Shown here piece after piece: positions 26,296-30,224 of a stretch of DNA of 30,224 nt (the stretch's first letter is position 1; each line of letters begins with the position of its first letter). Below the pieces are notes generated by a model. The model searched no databases. It was not told where the DNA came from and was given only the letters and a program-made list of their open reading frames with translations. The DNA is taken from assembly GCA_011523195.1 (NCBI GenBank), contig WTHH01000246.1:1-30224 (forward strand). The letters run 5' to 3'. The position numbers were made by a program, and so were the translations under genes. This DNA comes from Verrucomicrobiales bacterium (GTDB taxonomy: Bacteria; Verrucomicrobiota; Verrucomicrobiia; Limisphaerales; UBA1096).

Positions 26296-28853
26296 AAAGG
26301 TTGATTGCCATCATATTAATAGCCGTGCTTGGCCAAGCGCTTGGCCAGGCGGCGGAGCGGTTTGATTTTCATACCATCCGCAAGCCGGCATCTACGGCTG
26401 TTCAAGGTGTTCTCGAGGGAGAATTCCTGCAGGCCAGCGGCAGGGCCCGACCTCAGGGCATGAGCGGTTTCGGCGCCGGCTGGAGTGGCGATGCTCACCT
26501 GCTCTGGGACGGCGTGGTTGGCGACTCAAACACGGTGGAGTTTTCCGTTGGGGAAACAGGCAAATACGCACTGGCGATGCGATGGACTTTAGCGCCGGAT
26601 TACGGGCTGTTCGAAGTGCGGTTGAATGGGAAGGTAATCGAGTCCAAACTGGATTTGTATTCGCCTGACGTCCGCTTGGCCAAGCTGCGTGAACTGGGTG
26701 AATTGGAATTGAACGCAGGCACGCAACGGATCGAGATCAAGTTGATCGGGGCCAACGCCAAGGCGAGCAAGTACCAAAAAAAGGGTTACCTTTACGGGTT
26801 GGATTACCTGAAACTGACGGACTCGGCGCCCAAGCCGGTGAAGGTGGAAGAACCGGAGCAGGCTGTTGTCGTGAAGGTGGATTTCGCCGAGGCGCGTGCA
26901 TTGATGAAGCAGCATTGTTTTCGCTGCCACGGCGCAAAAAAGGTGAAGGGCAAGGTGAACCTAGAGGCCTTGGCCAAGCGCTCCGATGTTTTGAAAGACG
27001 TGGAGCTGGCGCGACACGCGGCGGAGGCTTTGGCCAAGGCGGAGATGCCACCGGAGGATGAGCCGCAGCCGGCCAAGGGCGAGCGGGCAAAGTTGGCGGC
27101 GTTTTTTGAAGGTGTGGTGGATGAATATGTATCGGCCAACACCACGCTCGAACCGGTGGTGATGCGGCGGCTGAACCGCTACGAGTACAACAACGCCGTA
27201 CGCGATCTGCTGGAGTTGCGCGGCGACATTTATCCGCTACCGGAAAAGGTGATTCGCTCGAGCCAGTATTTCGACCCCGCCTCGGGTCGGATGCCAGCGG
27301 GCGTGACGGTGGGCAACCGCACGCTCGGCAAGTTTCAGGTGGAGCGACAGATTTTGTCCGGCGTGGACCCGTTCGCCATCGACCTGCAGGCGGAGCACGG
27401 CTTCAACAATCAAGGCGAGCAGCTCAGCATCCCGCCGATCCTTCTGGAGAGTCTGCTCAAGCTCGGCCGCTCGATCGTGAACGCAAAGGAGTTCGACGAT
27501 TACACGGCGTTGCGCGACACGATTTTTAAGGATAACGGGAAACCGGTAGCCAAGCGGTTGAGGCCGTTTTTGGAGCGGGCATTCCGGTCGCCGGTGGATG
27601 AGGCGACGCTGGCGCGATACACCGCATTTCACACTTCAGAGCAAAAACGCACCGGCTCGTACACCACGGCGATGAAGTCGGTGGTGGCGGCTGTGCTGGC
27701 TTCGCCCAAATTTATTTACGTGGTGGAAAGCAAGCAGGGCGCGGGCGAAAAGACACCTGCGAATGATTACGAGCTGGCGCAACGGCTGTCGCTGTTTCTC
27801 TGGAGCAGCATCCCGGATGAACCTCTGCTAGCCGCCGCACGGGAAGGGCAGTTGCGGCAACCGGCCTTGCTGGAGGCACAGGTACGTCGCATGTTGAATG
27901 ACCGGCGCAGTCGAGCGTTGTCCGAGAACTTCGCGCGCCAATGGCTGCGGCTGGATCAACTCATCACCGCCGTGCCCGACTTCGACCGCTTTCAGGTGTA
28001 CTACTCGCGCATCGGCTGCGAGCAGTGGAAGTTTGGCCTACAAACAATGGTCGAGCCGCTGCTGCTCTTTGAGAGCGTACAGGTGGAGGATCGCTCTATC
28101 ATGCTTTTTGTCGACAGCAACTACGCGTATCGATCCGACGAGTTGCAGGCGTGGTACAACAAGCCCGAGGCACCGTTCGGCAACCGCGGCAATCGCAATC
28201 GCTTTAATACCTTCACGCAGCCATTCCGCAAACGCCAGCTCACCACGCGGCGCGAGGGCGGCGTGATGACCACCGCAGCGGTGCTGACGATGACCTCGAC
28301 GCCGCTGCGTACCAGCCCAATCAAGCGGGGCGCGTGGGTGGCCACGGTGATGTTCAATGACCCGCCGCCGCCGCCGCCGGACGTGGTGCCGGAGATTGAA
28401 GCCGACGACGCAGCCATCGAGGCGAAGGGTCTGACTATTCGCGAGCGACTCAAGCAACACGCGACCGACCAATCTTGCGCCAGTTGTCACGCACGCATCG
28501 ATCCACTCGGGTTTGTGCTGGAGAGTTTCGATCCCATCGGACGCTGGCGCGACCAGTACCGCGGCGGGCGCGATATCGACGCGAGCGGCAAGCTCTTCGG
28601 CGAGGCGGAGTTTAAGGACATCGAGCAGTTCAAGGACGCCATTCTTGCGAGGCCGGAGAAATTCATGCGCGCCTTCAGTGAACATCTGTTAAGCTACGCG
28701 CTCGGTCGCGAATTAAAGGTGACAGACAAGCCGGCGATCGATCGCATCACGCGGCGGGTTACGGCGGATCACGGCCGCTTTTCCACCGTGGTGGTTGAGA
28801 TTGCCAAGAGCATGCCGTTTCGGCATAAAACCGGTCAGAACGAAAGAAAATGA
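26292..28853 (+). CDS. DUF1592/DUF1588-family (PSD/PSCyt) c-type cytochrome domain protein with an N-terminal beta-sandwich domain
   Basis: Signal peptide, CxxCH motifs CFRCH and CASCH, MRRLNRYEYNNAVRDLL (DUF1587), FLERAFR (DUF1595), YELAQRLSLFLWSSIPD (DUF1592), RTSPIKRGAWV (DUF1588), LLSYALGR (DUF1585). Confidence 0.88.
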   Translation: MKRLIAIILIAVLGQALGQAAERFDFHTIRKPASTAVQGVLEGEFLQASGRARPQGMSGFGAGWSGDAHLLWDGVVGDSNTVEFSVGETGKYALAMRWTLAPDYGLFEVRLNGKVIESKLDLYSPDVRLAKLRELGELELNAGTQRIEIKLIGANAKASKYQKKGYLYGLDYLKLTDSAPKPVKVEEPEQAVVVKVDFAEARALMKQHCFRCHGAKKVKGKVNLEALAKRSDVLKDVELARHAAEALAKAEMPPEDEPQPAKGERAKLAAFFEGVVDEYVSANTTLEPVVMRRLNRYEYNNAVRDLLELRGDIYPLPEKVIRSSQYFDPASGRMPAGVTVGNRTLGKFQVERQILSGVDPFAIDLQAEHGFNNQGEQLSIPPILLESLLKLGRSIVNAKEFDDYTALRDTIFKDNGKPVAKRLRPFLERAFRSPVDEATLARYTAFHTSEQKRTGSYTTAMKSVVAAVLASPKFIYVVESKQGAGEKTPANDYELAQRLSLFLWSSIPDEPLLAAAREGQLRQPALLEAQVRRMLNDRRSRALSENFARQWLRLDQLITAVPDFDRFQVYYSRIGCEQWKFGLQTMVEPLLLFESVQVEDRSIMLFVDSNYAYRSDELQAWYNKPEAPFGNRGNRNRFNTFTQPFRKRQLTTRREGGVMTTAAVLTMTSTPLRTSPIKRGAWVATVMFNDPPPPPPDVVPEIEADDAAIEAKGLTIRERLKQHATDQSCASCHARIDPLGFVLESFDPIGRWRDQYRGGRDIDASGKLFGEAEFKDIEQFKDAILARPEKFMRAFSEHLLSYALGRELKVTDKPAIDRITRRVTADHGRFSTVVVEIAKSMPFRHKTGQNERK

Positions 28854-30145
28854 ACGTATTAAAGAACAAGAACATACCGAGGCGCACATTTCTGCATGGC
28901 TGCGGTGCGGCGCTAGCGCTGCCATTTCTCGATGTGATGCACACTCGCGGGGCCAGCGCATCGGCGCCCAAGCGCGTGGCCTTTTTCTACGTGCCCAACG
29001 GCGTGGCTCAGGAGGCATGGCACCCGAAGGAGACCGGGCACAACTTCGCACTCAGCCGCACACTGCAACCGTTGGAGCCGGTGCGCAAAAAGATTTCGCT
29101 CTTCACCAATCTCGACCGCGTGAAAGTGCCCGGCACCGACGGCCACGCGCAGGCCGGAACGTGTTACCTGAGCACGGCCGCGCCCGATGAACTGTCTCCG
29201 GCCGGGTATCCAATCAAGCGCACCATCGACCAGATCATTGCCGACACCGCCGGCAAGACCACGCCGTTCCGTTCGCTCGAGCTGTCGTGCAACAGCTTCA
29301 CCGACAACAAGGAGTCGGTGTATTTCGATAACATCTCGTGGTACGGCCACGGGCACGTGGCGCGGTCGATCAAGGATCCGCGCAAGGTTTTCCAGCGCCT
29401 GTTCAACGTGAAAGAACACCAGGCCAATGCCAGCGTGCTCGACCTCGTGCGTGCCGATGCGAAGGATTTGAAGGGCCGATTGGGGCGGCTGGATCGCCAC
29501 AAGCTCGACGAGTACATGGACTCCGTGCGAACTGTCGAACAGCAGATCGAGCGCATCACCAAGCAACAGGTGGACGCCAACGAACTTGGCATTGAACAGC
29601 CGGAGAAACTCTGGACCAGCATGCGCCGCGATGAATACATTCAGGTGATGGGCGACCTGATGATCCTCGCGCTGCAGACCGATCTCACTCGAGTCAGCTC
29701 CATGATGGTCGCGCCGGAACGCTGGGACACGCCGCTGATGTTCGAGGATGTGTTTGCGAAACCCATTCTCCACCACGGCTGGACCCACAATCAAAGGAAC
29801 GAAAAGGTACTCAGCGACCTCGAGAAGCTTGATCAATTTTACATGCGGCAGTTCTCGCAGATTTGCCAAAAGATGGATGCCATCAAGGAAGGAGACGGCA
29901 CGTTGCTCGACAGCATGATGTTCACCTACGGCTCCGGCCTCAGCAGCGGCATGCTGCACGAGTGCTCCAATCTGCCCACCGTCATTGCCGGCAGCGCTGG
30001 CGGCCAGTTGAAAACCAACCGGCACGATCAGCATGCCAAGGGCACACCGATCGCCAACCTCTGGGTCTCCATGGCCCAGGCCATGGGCTGCCCGATTCAG
30101 AAACTCGGTGACAGCACCGGTGCACTGAAAGGGTTTCTCGCCTGA
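28850..30145 (+). CDS. DUF1552 domain protein (partner of DUF1592 proteins)
   Basis: RRTFLHGCGAALALPFL N-terminus, FFYVPNG, TIDQIIA, RSLEL, DPRKVFQRLF, LALQTDLTRV, DGTLLDS, NLPTVIAG, PIANLW. Confidence 0.9.
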   Translation: MNVLKNKNIPRRTFLHGCGAALALPFLDVMHTRGASASAPKRVAFFYVPNGVAQEAWHPKETGHNFALSRTLQPLEPVRKKISLFTNLDRVKVPGTDGHAQAGTCYLSTAAPDELSPAGYPIKRTIDQIIADTAGKTTPFRSLELSCNSFTDNKESVYFDNISWYGHGHVARSIKDPRKVFQRLFNVKEHQANASVLDLVRADAKDLKGRLGRLDRHKLDEYMDSVRTVEQQIERITKQQVDANELGIEQPEKLWTSMRRDEYIQVMGDLMILALQTDLTRVSSMMVAPERWDTPLMFEDVFAKPILHHGWTHNQRNEKVLSDLEKLDQFYMRQFSQICQKMDAIKEGDGTLLDSMMFTYGSGLSSGMLHECSNLPTVIAGSAGGQLKTNRHDQHAKGTPIANLWVSMAQAMGCPIQKLGDSTGALKGFLA

Positions 30146-30224
30146 TATCGCGCTTGACCTAGCGCTTGGTTTACAAAGGAGACAGGCGTTTCTCCGTTCC
30201 CTTGGCCAAGCGGAATTAGTTGAA

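Larger units (their letters stand above)
1670..30214. repeat. Dispersed highly iterated palindrome, consensus GCGCTTGGCCAAGCGC
   Basis: Exact TTGGCCAA cores start at 1674, 1809, 2237, 3507, 5283, 5323, 5533, 7194, 7236, 7546, 10857, 11021, 13304, 14114, 14237, 19008, 19090, 21660, 21989, 23275, 24011, 25145, 25331, 26329, 26676, 26970, 27030 and 30202 (hand count, a minimum). Confidence 0.95.

Noticed and set aside
28913-30034. Long antisense ORFs (also 7522-8304, 8825-9784, 13381-14397, 1203-2000, 28038-28685)
   Set aside because: They are shadows of well-supported genes on the opposite strand, expected from GC-rich codon bias, and show no recognisable motifs.
1670-30214. Palindrome copies as a CRISPR array, REP/BIME or MITE
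   Set aside because: There is no regular spacing, no spacers or cas genes, no shared flanks or target duplications, and most copies lie within intact coding frames.
1-30224. tRNA, rRNA, integrase or transposase
   Set aside because: No T-loop or cloverleaf signatures and no recombinase or DDE motifs were recognised in the sequence or the ORF track.

Overview
Mostly GC-rich (about 60-65% by eye) bacterial chromosome segment. A PVC-superphylum origin (Verrucomicrobia-like) is inferred from the DUF1592/DUF1552 pair and the general gene content. It carries housekeeping genes (lepB, rpsU, mfd, purA-uppS-cdsA-dxr), a REC/HD-GYP regulator, a TPR-glycosyltransferase, a half-size MetE-like enzyme, an L-fuconate dehydratase-like enzyme and a cluster of secreted proteins. 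An AT-rich TonB-dependent receptor gene is broken by three in-frame stops. The strongest unexplained signal is a highly iterated palindrome with consensus GCGCTTGGCCAAGCGC. By hand I count 28 exact TTGGCCAA cores and 22 exact CTTGGCCAAG 10-mers in 30 kb, plus many near-matches. Copies fall inside genes in all three frames, at gene junctions, and as 12-bp-period tandem dimers in signal peptides. This resembles cyanobacterial HIP1 but with a different and longer motif. No tRNA, rRNA, CRISPR array or transposase was recognised.
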